Below are positions 20,988 to 31,181 of a DNA stretch of 64,000 nucleotides, piece by piece. The notes beneath the pieces are model-generated. The model saw nothing but the letters and a program-made list of their open reading frames with translations, had not been told where the DNA came from and did not search any database. The stretch is from positions 134,442 to 198,441 of the forward strand of contig CAMDHZ010000002.1 of the NCBI GenBank assembly GCA_945898275.1. The letters are read 5' to 3'. The translations under genes were made by a program, and so were the position numbers. This DNA comes from Chitinophaga pinensis. Lineage in GTDB: Bacteria; Bacteroidota; Bacteroidia; UKL13-3. Position 1 is the first letter of the stretch. Each line of letters starts with the position of its first letter.

Positions 20988-23900
20988 TTACAATCCAACT
21001 TGCAGCGTATCGATGCGTTTTCTGAAATCTGCTGCTAATTCGGTTTGTTTATGAAAATCAACTACTTGCCAGATATAATTTAGTATTTGAACATTGTCTT
21101 CCAAATCTTGGCGCACACTATTTTTCTTTCCTTTAAATGAAAGGAAATATTTAGCATTTTCTTCATGAATTCTTAGTAATTCCTTGGCTAAGTTATTCGC
21201 CTTTTCAGTAGCGCCGGCTTGGTAATAACCTTCCAAAATTCGCACCACAAAAACATCGTAGGCCACTTGCTTATGTGGCATCACCTGTAAACAATAGTCT
21301 AATGCTTTTACAGCAGAATCTTTTCTACCTTCTAGGGTGAGTTGTTCACTTAAACGGTAGAAAATATTTCTAAAGTTCTTAGTTTGTCTTAGAATAGTTT
21401 CATCAAGATAAACATTGTCTTCAGCCATATTTCCCCATTTAAACTTCTCCATTATGTTCTTGTAAAGAATGTTTGAGTTGATCCTACCAGTAGTACCATC
21501 TCTTTGAACCTCGCTCGTTATAGGCACTAATCTGTAGGTTAAACCTTCTAGTTGGAAGTATTTGGTTAGGTTAAGATAAACATCGTTTCCTGTGGTGATA
21601 GCCCAATAAATAGGTCTGGTATTGATATTAGAAGCTATAATGTCTAATAAAATCAAATCAGCTTTTAGTAGATTATTGTTACCAATTTCCCAACGAATGG
21701 TATCTACCATGAATTGTTCGTCTTCTGGTTGAACCACGCCATTTTTTAAGCACTCTTGACGATTAACAATCATGCTAAACTTTTTGGTTGGGTAATATCT
21801 AAGGGCATCACCACCTTGTGTAGCAACTGTACCCATTGGGTCAGCGTCATCATTGATAAAGGCCAGAATATTCTTTAATGGATAAAAATCTTGCGTATTG
21901 ATACCATATCTTCTAGCAAGTTCAGGATTTTCGAAGAAAACCACATAATCCCTTGTTCCTTGCTTGTATTTATCTGGCGTCATGCTAAATTCTACTGGTT
22001 TGCTGTCGTAAGCTTGACGTTTAAGTCCATCTGCATACCAGTCTGTGTTTAGTAAGCTCATATTAATTACGCGCACATCACTTCTAATATTTTCTACGTT
22101 TTGGGCATACCAAAGCGGATAGGTATCATTATCTCCATTGGTAAAAAGAATGGCATCTTTGGCGCAAGAGTTAAGATAGTCTTCTGCAAAAGCCAACGCA
22201 GTAAAGCGGTTACTTCTGTTATGGTCGTCCCAGTTTTGTTGACCCATTAGTGCTGGAACAGCGGCTAAGCTAATTACAGTTGCCCCTACAGCGGCTGTGT
22301 TTTTATTGATTTTCTTACTTAACCAATCAACCAACCCTAAAACGCCTAAACCAATCCAAATCATAAAGGTTTGGTATGAACCAACATAAGCATAATCCCT
22401 TTCTCTTGGCTGATGTGCTGGGAAGTTTAGGTAAAGGATAATGAAAAAACCCGTGAATAGGAATAAAGTTGAAACAATGATTGCATCTTCCTTTGATTTC
22501 TTGAAATGGTACACTAAACCAATTATTCCTAAAATTAAGGGTAAGAAGAAATAGGTATTTTTGGCTTTATTGTTTGCCATTGTTTCTGGCATATTCTTTT
22601 GAGGACCTAAGCGCCATTCATCAATAAAGTTAACGCCACTGATCCAATTTCCTCTAGTAAGTTCACCATAACCTTGTTCATCATTTTGGCGACCGATGAA
22701 ATTCCAGAAGAAGTATCTCCAATACATGAAACCCAATTGGTAGCTAAGCATAAAGTCGATATTTTTTCCGAAGCTAACTTTGTTTTTACCTTCAGGAATT
22801 TTTTCCCAATCTCTATATGCTCTTACGTAATCAGCTCTATCAGCCCACATACGCGGGAGGATTGTACAATCTTTAGGGTCGTAAACTGCCTTCTTTTTTG
22901 TACCTGCTTCAACATATTTTCCATCAAAACCTTTGGCATATTGCATGTCTCCATCATCATATCTAATGGGTCTAGCATAGAAATACTGACCATAAAGAAG
23001 TGGATTTTCACCGTATTGTTCACGGTTTAAGTAACTTAATAAAGAGAAAGGTTGTTCAGGGTCGTTCATGTCAATTGGTGGATTGGCCAAAGAACGAATG
23101 ATGATCATAGCATAAGAAGAGTATCCAACGATTACAAAACTGATAGAAAGCACAATGAGATTAATAACATCCATGGCTGCTTTCTTTTTGAACACAAAGA
23201 AATAAATAGCGCCAGTCATTGCTCCCCAAAGTATTAATGAACTTAAGTGAAAGTTAATGACCAAATTGCTGATAAACATAACACCATAGGCAGCAATTGC
23301 TACGTATAGGCTTATGGCACTTTTAGTATGTGTATAATGTAAGAAAGAAGCAAAAAGTGTAATTAATAATAAAATTAAGAGCAGCGCGCCCGAGTTAAAG
23401 CTTAATCCCAAAGAGTTTACCGCAAAGTAATCTAATTTAGTAGCAATGCCGGGTAGGCCTGGGATTAGTCCAAACTGAACAATTCCAATAGCTAAAATAG
23501 CTACAGCAGAAGCTCCAAGAAAACCGTTTCGGGTGTATTTGTATTTTTTAAAGTAATAAACGTAAACTATCGCTGGGATAACAAGTAAGTTTAACAAATG
23601 GACGCCAATAGCTAAACCAATAAGATAGGCAATAAGCACTAACCACTTGCTTGCATCCTTTTCATGAGCAACGTTTTCCCACTTTAGAATGCACCAAAAA
23701 GTTAGGGTTGTAAAAAAACTTGAAGAGGCATATACCTCTGCTTCAACAGCCGAAAACCAAAAGGTATCTGAAAAGTTAAGCGTTAAAGCACCAACGGCAC
23801 CTGCGCCCATGATGGAAACTGTATTCCAGAATTCAAGTTCTTTGCCATCTTTGTTTAAAATCTTCTTTGCAAGGTGAGTGATGGTCCAAAACATAAACAT

Positions 23901-24170
23901 TACAGTTAGTGCGCTGGTTACTGCGGAGACCATGTTTACCCAAAAGGCAACTTTACTAGGGTCTGAGGCCATCAAACTAAAAACTCTTCCTATCATTAGG
24001 AAAAGTGGCGCTCCAGGAGGGTGACAGATTTGCAAACGATAGGAAGCAGAGATAAATTCTCCACAATCCCAGAAGCTTACAGTTGGCTCAAGGGTGAGCG
24101 TGTAGGTGACTAAAGACACTGCAAAAAGCAGCCATCCGAGTACACTGTTTAACAGGTTATATTTGTTCAT
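20988..24170 (-). CDS. DUF2723 membrane protein (TMEM260-like GT-C glycosyltransferase)
   Basis: SFWDCGEFI, HPPGAPLF, FWFSAVEAEVY, RERDY, GDNDTYPLWY. Confidence 0.9.
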   Translation of the reverse strand: MNKYNLLNSVLGWLLFAVSLVTYTLTLEPTVSFWDCGEFISASYRLQICHPPGAPLFLMIGRVFSLMASDPSKVAFWVNMVSAVTSALTVMFMFWTITHLAKKILNKDGKELEFWNTVSIMGAGAVGALTLNFSDTFWFSAVEAEVYASSSFFTTLTFWCILKWENVAHEKDASKWLVLIAYLIGLAIGVHLLNLLVIPAIVYVYYFKKYKYTRNGFLGASAVAILAIGIVQFGLIPGLPGIATKLDYFAVNSLGLSFNSGALLLILLLITLFASFLHYTHTKSAISLYVAIAAYGVMFISNLVINFHLSSLILWGAMTGAIYFFVFKKKAAMDVINLIVLSISFVIVGYSSYAMIIIRSLANPPIDMNDPEQPFSLLSYLNREQYGENPLLYGQYFYARPIRYDDGDMQYAKGFDGKYVEAGTKKKAVYDPKDCTILPRMWADRADYVRAYRDWEKIPEGKNKVSFGKNIDFMLSYQLGFMYWRYFFWNFIGRQNDEQGYGELTRGNWISGVNFIDEWRLGPQKNMPETMANNKAKNTYFFLPLILGIIGLVYHFKKSKEDAIIVSTLFLFTGFFIILYLNFPAHQPRERDYAYVGSYQTFMIWIGLGVLGLVDWLSKKINKNTAAVGATVISLAAVPALMGQQNWDDHNRSNRFTALAFAEDYLNSCAKDAILFTNGDNDTYPLWYAQNVENIRSDVRVINMSLLNTDWYADGLKRQAYDSKPVEFSMTPDKYKQGTRDYVVFFENPELARRYGINTQDFYPLKNILAFINDDADPMGTVATQGGDALRYYPTKKFSMIVNRQECLKNGVVQPEDEQFMVDTIRWEIGNNNLLKADLILLDIIASNINTRPIYWAITTGNDVYLNLTKYFQLEGLTYRLVPITSEVQRDGTTGRINSNILYKNIMEKFKWGNMAEDNVYLDETILRQTKNFRNIFYRLSEQLTLEGRKDSAVKALDYCLQVMPHKQVAYDVFVVRILEGYYQAGATEKANNLAKELLRIHEENAKYFLSFKGKKNSVRQDLEDNVQILNYIWQVVDFHKQTELAADFRKRIDTLQVGL

Positions 24171-24263
24171 GCGTTCAAAATAATTATGCGCTATTAACGA
24201 AGAAAGGCAAACATAAATGATTTCTCCTAAATTTGCGGAGGTTTTGATAGGAGAAAAAGATTA

Positions 24264-25496
24264 GTGTCACATACAGTAGTAATAATTGGTGGAGGGGCAG
24301 CAGGGTATTTTGCTGCCATCCAATGCGCAGAAACAAACAAGTTAGCCAAGGTTATCTTGTTGGAAAAGAGCGCAAAAGTGTTGCAAAAGGTAAAAGTTTC
24401 CGGAGGTGGAAGATGCAATGTAACGCATGCTTGTTTTGATTTAAAACAATTAGCAAAAAATTATCCGCGAGGAGAAAAGCATTTAAAATCTGCTTTTTCT
24501 CGATTTTTCACCCAAGATACAGTGAATTGGTTTGAACAAAGAAAGGTAAAACTAAAGGCAGAGGCTGATGGTAGGATGTTTCCAATTACGGATGATTCAC
24601 AAACTATTATTGATTGTTTGCAAAAAGAGGTTTCTAGGCTAGGAATTGAAGTGAGATTAGAAACTTCTGTAAAACGTGTAGCGCCAAGTTTTCATGGAGG
24701 ATTTGATTTATATCTATCAAATGACCAAAAGCTAGTCTGTAACCGAGTTATTATTGCCAGTGGTGGATCTCCAAAAGCAGAAGGCTTGGATTGGGTAAAA
24801 GATTTAGGAGTAAGAATTGAAACACCTGTTCCGTCTTTGTTTACTTTTAATATTCCAAACTCAGAATTATTAGCGCTACAAGGGATTGCAGTTAATCCGG
24901 TGAGGGTTAGAGTTGTTGATACCAAGCTTGAGAATTGTGGACCTATGTTAATTACCCATTGGGGTTTAAGCGGTCCTGCAATTTTGAAATTGTCCTCTTT
25001 AGGTGCAAGGTATTTTGCAGAAAAAGAGTATAAATTTCAGGCACAAATTAGTTGGCTAGAAAATAAAAAGGAGGATGCTGTTCGCCAAGAATTGTTTAAT
25101 TTAAAGGCAGCTAATCCATCGAAGCAGGTTAGTAGTCTCTTCCCTTTTTTGCTCCCAAAACGTTTAAATACTTATATTTTAGAGCGCTCTGGAATTAATG
25201 AAAAGCTAAATTGGGGTGAAGTAAGCAAAGAAAATTTAAATCAATTGATTCAAAATTTGCTTTATGATACCTACGAGGTTTCAGGAAAAACTACTTTCAA
25301 AGAAGAATTTGTTACCTGTGGCGGTGTGAACCTAGATGACATTGATTTTAGAACCATGGAATTTAAACGCATGCGTGGCTTACATTTCGCAGGTGAGGTT
25401 TTAGATATTGATGGAATTACAGGAGGCTTTAATTTTCAAGCTGCTTGGACAACAGGATTTATTGCAGGTCAGGCTGCTGCAGCTGAGCTAAGTTAA
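24264..25496 (+). CDS. HI0933/YhiN-family flavoprotein (NAD(P)/FAD oxidoreductase)
   Basis: IIGGGAAG, KVKVSGGGRCNVT, GR.FP, THWGLSGP, GEVLD.DG.TGGFNFQAAW. Confidence 0.93.
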   Translation: MSHTVVIIGGGAAGYFAAIQCAETNKLAKVILLEKSAKVLQKVKVSGGGRCNVTHACFDLKQLAKNYPRGEKHLKSAFSRFFTQDTVNWFEQRKVKLKAEADGRMFPITDDSQTIIDCLQKEVSRLGIEVRLETSVKRVAPSFHGGFDLYLSNDQKLVCNRVIIASGGSPKAEGLDWVKDLGVRIETPVPSLFTFNIPNSELLALQGIAVNPVRVRVVDTKLENCGPMLITHWGLSGPAILKLSSLGARYFAEKEYKFQAQISWLENKKEDAVRQELFNLKAANPSKQVSSLFPFLLPKRLNTYILERSGINEKLNWGEVSKENLNQLIQNLLYDTYEVSGKTTFKEEFVTCGGVNLDDIDFRTMEFKRMRGLHFAGEVLDIDGITGGFNFQAAWTTGFIAGQAAAAELS

Positions 25497-25950
25497 GTTT
25501 TTCTAGGAAGGCAATCATAGATTTAGAATCTTGTGTGCCTATTAGAAATTTCTTTCCACTTTTTAAAATCAATTGCAATCCTTCATTTCCCCTGATGGTA
25601 TAAGCTTTTTCACCAGCGAAATTGAACCGGATACCCCATCCTCCAAATTCTTTAATGGCTTTATACTTTCTAACTTGAATGTACTGTAGTTCTTCCCATT
25701 TCACATAATAATAAACGCGCTGGAAAGGAAAGAACCTTAAGGTAATTCCATGTTCATCCATTCTTGTTTCAAGATTTGTGAAATACAATAGGACAGAAAT
25801 GATTGAAACTAAAGTAATACTTATTAATAATCCGTAACGCTCGGTTGGATCAGCCTTGCCAGATAAAATGCCGTAAGCAATTGCTAAAACTGTAATCAGG
25901 AGCATGGTCCAAATCCACCATTGGTTAAATTTTTGTTTCTCGTAGAACAT
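25459..25950 (-). CDS. Small membrane protein (DUF6141-like)
   Basis: F.E.Q.F..WW, two TM helices, EFGGWGIR, G..G.QL....GK...IGTQ. Confidence 0.7.
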   Translation of the reverse strand: MFYEKQKFNQWWIWTMLLITVLAIAYGILSGKADPTERYGLLISITLVSIISVLLYFTNLETRMDEHGITLRFFPFQRVYYYVKWEELQYIQVRKYKAIKEFGGWGIRFNFAGEKAYTIRGNEGLQLILKSGKKFLIGTQDSKSMIAFLEKLNLAQLQQPDLQ

Positions 25951-26087
25951 AATTGGTTACAAAAGTGTAAAAAAGTGCCGAGAATTTAAATGTTTAATTA
26001 AGGTTAGGCATATAATACATCAAACTTATTCAAGTTAATTTGCTGTATTTTGTAAGTTTGAAGTCAGATTATTTACTAAATAATATT

Positions 26088-28193
26088 ATGGGAGTTGAAA
26101 AGAAGAGAGTTTTGGTTACTGCGGCCTTGCCTTACGCAAATGGTCCAGTGCATATTGGCCATTTGGCTGGATGTTATTTGCCAGCGGATATTTATGTTAG
26201 GTATTTAAAAGCCATTGGTAAAGAGGTTTTGTTTATTTGTGGTAGCGATGAGCATGGTGTACCCATTACCATTAAAGCAAAAAAAGAAGGCATTACACCT
26301 CAACAGGTTGTAGATAAATATGATGGCATCATGAAGAATGCCTTTAAATCATTTGGAATAGATTTTAGTTATTATGGCAGAACCAGCTCTCCCGTTCACC
26401 ATCAAACAGCCCAAGAATTCTTTAGGCATTTATATGAAAAAGGGGTTTTTGAGGAAGAGGTAACTCAACAATATTATGATGTAGAGGCCCAACAGTTTCT
26501 TGCAGATAGGTACATCACAGGAACCTGCCCACGTTGCGGAAATCCTGGTGCTTACGGAGACCAATGCGAAAAATGTGGAACATCTTTAAGTCCAACCGAT
26601 TTAATTAACCCAAAATCTGCATTAAGTGGGGCTGTTCCCATTTTAAAGGAAACAAAAAACTGGTTTCTTCCAATGGGAAAATTGCAGAGTACACCTGCTT
26701 TTCAAGCCTACATTAAGCGCTTTGAGGGATGGAAATCGAACATCAAAGGCCAATGTGCCAGTTGGTTAAACGAAGGTTTGCAAAGTAGAGCCATGACCAG
26801 AGATTTGGATTGGGGCGTTCCTGTTCCGATTGAAGGTGCTGATGGAAAAGTATTGTATGTTTGGTTTGATGCCCCAATTGGGTACATCAGCGCCACTAAA
26901 GAAGCCCTGCTTGCTAGTAGCCAGCAGCCAGATGTCAGCAGCTTAACTTGGCAAGACTGGTGGCAAAATGAAGCTACCGAACTCATTCATTTTATTGGAA
27001 AGGATAATATTGTGTTTCATGCCATTATTTTCCCGATGATGCTCATGACCCACGGAGATTATATTCTGCCTTCGAATGTGCCAGCAAACGAGTTTCTAAA
27101 TTTGGAAGGTGATAAGATTTCCACTTCACGCAATTGGGCGGTTTGGTTGCATGAGTACTTAGAAGATTTTCCAAATAGAGAGGATGAATTGCGTTATGTG
27201 TTAACGAGTATTGCGCCAGAAACCAAAGACAGCGAGTTTACATGGAAGGATTACCAAACGCGCATCAATAGCGAGTTGGTTAGCATTTTTGGAAACTTTG
27301 TGAACCGAGTTTTGGTGTTGTGCGATAAATATTATGAAGGTGTTGTTCCTTTGGCATTCGACTTCAGCAACTCAGTAGCTTATGAAAAAATAGAAGCTTC
27401 ACAGAAAATTTGTTTTGAGCAAATAGCCGCAAATATTGCAGAGATGGAGCAGGATTTAAAAGAAGTAAAACTGAGAGATGCCCAAGCATGTTTTATGAAT
27501 ATTGCCCGCGCGGGTAACAAATACCTTGCCGACACAGAGCCATGGAAATTGGTTAAAACTGATGAAGAAGCAGTTAAAGGAATTTTGTTTGATGCACTCC
27601 AAATATGTGCAAAGCTAGCCATAGCTGCAACACCATTTTTGCCACACACTTCCAAGAAGTTGGTAGGTTTGTTAGGTTTGAACCAAGTGAGTTGGCAACA
27701 GTTAAACGCTCAAGTTATTATAGAAACTGGCTCACAGTTGGCCAAGCCAGAAATATTATACAAGCAGGTAGAGGATGAAGAAATTAACAAACAACTCGAA
27801 AGGCTTCAACAGATTAAAACATCAAAAACCCAACAGCCAAGTAGCAGCGATTTAGCCGAGCTTAAGACCAATATTACTTGGGAAGACTTTGATAAATTAG
27901 ATTTGCGTGTAGGTAAAGTTATTGAAGCTGTAAAAGTTCCTAAAGCAGATAAACTCTTAAATTTAACAGTTGATTTAGGCTTTGACAAGCGTACAATCTT
28001 AAGCGGCATTGCCGAATATTATCAACCAGAGGAGTTAATAGGAAAGTTGGTAACAGTAGTTGCCAATTTAGCCCCACGAAAAATTAGAGGAATCGAAAGC
28101 CAAGGCATGCTTTTGATGGCAGGCAATGACTTTGGAAAACTCTACAGCGTGAGCCCAGAAAAAGAAATAGAACCAGGAAGCGTGGTGAAGTAA
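26088..28193 (+). CDS. metG: Methionine-tRNA ligase with C-terminal tRNA-binding domain
   Basis: ALPYANG..HIGH, Zn knuckle CPRC...CEKC, YVWFDA, KISTS, C-terminal DLRVG...NLAPRK. ATG 26088 preferred. Confidence 0.97.
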   Translation: MGVEKKRVLVTAALPYANGPVHIGHLAGCYLPADIYVRYLKAIGKEVLFICGSDEHGVPITIKAKKEGITPQQVVDKYDGIMKNAFKSFGIDFSYYGRTSSPVHHQTAQEFFRHLYEKGVFEEEVTQQYYDVEAQQFLADRYITGTCPRCGNPGAYGDQCEKCGTSLSPTDLINPKSALSGAVPILKETKNWFLPMGKLQSTPAFQAYIKRFEGWKSNIKGQCASWLNEGLQSRAMTRDLDWGVPVPIEGADGKVLYVWFDAPIGYISATKEALLASSQQPDVSSLTWQDWWQNEATELIHFIGKDNIVFHAIIFPMMLMTHGDYILPSNVPANEFLNLEGDKISTSRNWAVWLHEYLEDFPNREDELRYVLTSIAPETKDSEFTWKDYQTRINSELVSIFGNFVNRVLVLCDKYYEGVVPLAFDFSNSVAYEKIEASQKICFEQIAANIAEMEQDLKEVKLRDAQACFMNIARAGNKYLADTEPWKLVKTDEEAVKGILFDALQICAKLAIAATPFLPHTSKKLVGLLGLNQVSWQQLNAQVIIETGSQLAKPEILYKQVEDEEINKQLERLQQIKTSKTQQPSSSDLAELKTNITWEDFDKLDLRVGKVIEAVKVPKADKLLNLTVDLGFDKRTILSGIAEYYQPEELIGKLVTVVANLAPRKIRGIESQGMLLMAGNDFGKLYSVSPEKEIEPGSVVK

Positions 28194-28391
28194 TGCTTAA
28201 CTTGCCACATTTAAATTAATAACATTGAAGGTTTCATTTCCATTACTTTAAAAAATTGAATCGTACCTATCTGTGCTACCTATGATAATCTGTGTCAAGT
28301 AAAATTATGTAAATCTTTTTTACACCTGCATGGACATTAGCCCATAAATCAAGTTATTTGTTAGTTAATCGACTTTTTAATGATTGGGTTT

Positions 28392-31181
28392 ATGAAAAAA
28401 TTGGTGTTTTTTACATTTCTGGTGCTTAGCACTTCCTTGGCTTTTGCACAACAATTAATTACTATCACGCCTGCTTTTGCTACGGCAAATGATAACAATG
28501 TGGTGATTACCTTTGATGCCTCGCTAGGCAATGCTGGCATGTTGGGCGAAGCAATGATTTATGCTCACGCAGGTGTTATTACTGATAAAAGCACTTCGGG
28601 CACCGACTGGAAATATGTGATTGCCGATTGGACCACCAATCTCCCTAAGGCTTTACTTACAAGAGTGGGTTCGAGCAACCTTTACACCTTAAACATTGGT
28701 AATATTAGAACCTATTATAACATTCCTGCAAGTGAAAAGGTGCTTCAATTGGCTTTTGTGTTTAGAAATGCAACGGGTACTAAAACGGGCAAAACCAGCA
28801 GCAATGGCGACATATTTGTTGACATAAACCAAGGCGGTTTTCAGGTTAAGTTGAATGCGCCACTAAAAGGTAGTTTTTTCCAAAGCACAGATTCTGTAAG
28901 CATTTCTGGCAATGGCTCGCTTAAAAGTAACCTTAAATTATTTGCTAATGGAGTAGAAGTAGCCAGTGTAAATGATGAAAGTATCATCAACTTTAAAACG
29001 GTGTTTTCGGCGTTTGGTTCAAACCGAGTAAACCTAGTTTTGCAAGGAAACAACAATGGCCAAATGGCTTATGATAGCACCTACATTTTAGCCAAAACCA
29101 CACCCCTCATTGCAAATGCACCTGCTGGTACAAAAGATGGTATCAATTATATTAATGATAGCACAGTGATTTTGCAGTTGTATGCACCCTTAAAACAATT
29201 TGTATATGTGATTGGCGACTTTAGCAATTGGGAGTTTATGCCTGAAATGTTAATGAACAAAACACCTGATAATTCTCGCTATTGGATTAGTATTACCGGT
29301 TTAAAAAAGGGTATAGAATATGGTTTTCAATATGTGATAGATGATGCTCAAATGCGTGTAGCGGATGTGTATGCCGATAAAATTTTAGACCCTTGGAACG
29401 ACCAATGGATTGCCAAAGAAACTTATCCAAATTTGAAACCTTACCCTGCTGGAAAAACTACCGAAATTGTTTCTGTTTTGCAAACAGGTCAAACAGCCTA
29501 TAATTGGACAACCACCAATTATACCAAGCCAAATAAAGACAAGTTGATTATTTATGAGTTATTGGTGAGAGATTTTGTGGGCAAACATGATTATAAAACC
29601 TTAAAAGATACCATCGGTTATTTTAAGCGTTTAGGCATCAATTGCATTCAGCTAATGCCCATTATGGAGTTTGAAGGCAATGAAAGCTGGGGTTATAATC
29701 CTATGTTTTTCTTTGCACCCGACAAATATTATGGCACCAAAGACGATTTGAAAGCCTTTGTAGATGCCTGCCATAAGGAGGGAATTGCAGTGGTTTTAGA
29801 CATTGCACTTAATCACTCATTTGGGCAAAATCCTCAGGTGCGCATGTATTTTAATCCGGCTGCTGGGCAATATGGACAACCCACCGCAGATAATCCTTGG
29901 TTTAACCAAACAGACCGCCACCCCTTTGGCGTTGGATATGACTATAACCATGAGGCTACGGTAGTGCAGAATTTTACCGATAGAGTAATTAAATACTGGT
30001 TAGAAGAATACAAGATAGATGGCTACCGCTTTGATTTATCTAAAGGCTTTACGCAAAAAAATAGCGGCACCGATGTGGCAACTTGGAATGCCTACGACCA
30101 AAGCAGGGTAAACATTTGGAACCGCATTCGTACCGAAATTCTGAAATATGCCCCTGATGCTTACTTAATTCTAGAGCATTTAGGTGATAACTCAGAAGAA
30201 AAAGTATTGGCAGACATGGGCTTTATGCTTTGGGGTAAAATGACCGAAAACTACGCCGAAGCCATGATGGGTTATAACAACAGTAAAACCAACCTTAGCT
30301 GGGGCAATTACAAGCAAAGAGGTTTTGCGCAACCTAATTTAGTAACCTATGCAGAAAGTCACGATGAGGAACGCGTTATGTTTAGCACCCTTACATATGG
30401 CAATAGCAATGCAAATTATAGCACCAAAACCTTAGACAATGCGCTGAGAAGAGTGGCAGCCTATCATGCTTTGTTGCTGCCATTAAAAGGTCCAAAAATG
30501 TTGTGGCAAGGAGGCGAGTTGGGTTATGAAGTTTCTATTAATACCAATGGCAGAACTGGCAACAAGCCTTTCCGTTGGCAATATGTTACAGATGCAAAGC
30601 GCATTCGTGTATATCATGAAGTGGCTGCCATGGCTCAATTAAAGCAACATGTGGCATTGCAATCAGACAATTATGTGTATGATGTGTCGGGCATGGTAAA
30701 AACCTTACGCATTACCCACGATTCTATGAATGTATTTATTGCGGCCAACTTTGATTTAGTGCCTGCCACCTCCACCATCAATGCACAGAGCAGCAATTGG
30801 TGGTACAACTATATGACGGGGGATTCTATTGCAGCCAATATCTTGCAAACCATTAACATTGCCCCGGGCGATTATGTGATATATACCAGCAAAAAAGTTC
30901 TTTCTAATTTGCCATTGCGTGTGCAAAATGTTAATGCGGCCGAGGCTATTGCTCTGTATCCAAATCCGTTTAAAGATGAATTGTTTGTGCTTTCGGAAAA
31001 GGAGAATATCAGCAAAATTGTGGTAACAGATATGCAAGGCAGGGAGGTTAGGGTTGAACCAAACCTTTTCTCTGCACAACAATGGCGATTAGATTTTTCT
31101 GGTTTAAATGCAGGCGTGTATGTGATTACGGTTTCAGGCAAAAACGGCGTTCAAAGTTTTAAAGCCATCAAACAAGACTAG
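28392..31181 (+). CDS. GH13 alpha-amylase-family glycoside hydrolase, T9SS cargo
   Basis: SWGYNP, DIALNH, DGYRFDLSKG, ILEH, ESHDEER; CBM48-like domain; CTD LYPNPF...GVYVI. Confidence 0.9.
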   Translation: MKKLVFFTFLVLSTSLAFAQQLITITPAFATANDNNVVITFDASLGNAGMLGEAMIYAHAGVITDKSTSGTDWKYVIADWTTNLPKALLTRVGSSNLYTLNIGNIRTYYNIPASEKVLQLAFVFRNATGTKTGKTSSNGDIFVDINQGGFQVKLNAPLKGSFFQSTDSVSISGNGSLKSNLKLFANGVEVASVNDESIINFKTVFSAFGSNRVNLVLQGNNNGQMAYDSTYILAKTTPLIANAPAGTKDGINYINDSTVILQLYAPLKQFVYVIGDFSNWEFMPEMLMNKTPDNSRYWISITGLKKGIEYGFQYVIDDAQMRVADVYADKILDPWNDQWIAKETYPNLKPYPAGKTTEIVSVLQTGQTAYNWTTTNYTKPNKDKLIIYELLVRDFVGKHDYKTLKDTIGYFKRLGINCIQLMPIMEFEGNESWGYNPMFFFAPDKYYGTKDDLKAFVDACHKEGIAVVLDIALNHSFGQNPQVRMYFNPAAGQYGQPTADNPWFNQTDRHPFGVGYDYNHEATVVQNFTDRVIKYWLEEYKIDGYRFDLSKGFTQKNSGTDVATWNAYDQSRVNIWNRIRTEILKYAPDAYLILEHLGDNSEEKVLADMGFMLWGKMTENYAEAMMGYNNSKTNLSWGNYKQRGFAQPNLVTYAESHDEERVMFSTLTYGNSNANYSTKTLDNALRRVAAYHALLLPLKGPKMLWQGGELGYEVSINTNGRTGNKPFRWQYVTDAKRIRVYHEVAAMAQLKQHVALQSDNYVYDVSGMVKTLRITHDSMNVFIAANFDLVPATSTINAQSSNWWYNYMTGDSIAANILQTINIAPGDYVIYTSKKVLSNLPLRVQNVNAAEAIALYPNPFKDELFVLSEKENISKIVVTDMQGREVRVEPNLFSAQQWRLDFSGLNAGVYVITVSGKNGVQSFKAIKQD

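Noticed and set aside
25459-25496. 38-bp convergent overlap of the flavoprotein and membrane-protein genes
   Set aside because: Short 3' overlaps are common in compact genomes; there are several others here.
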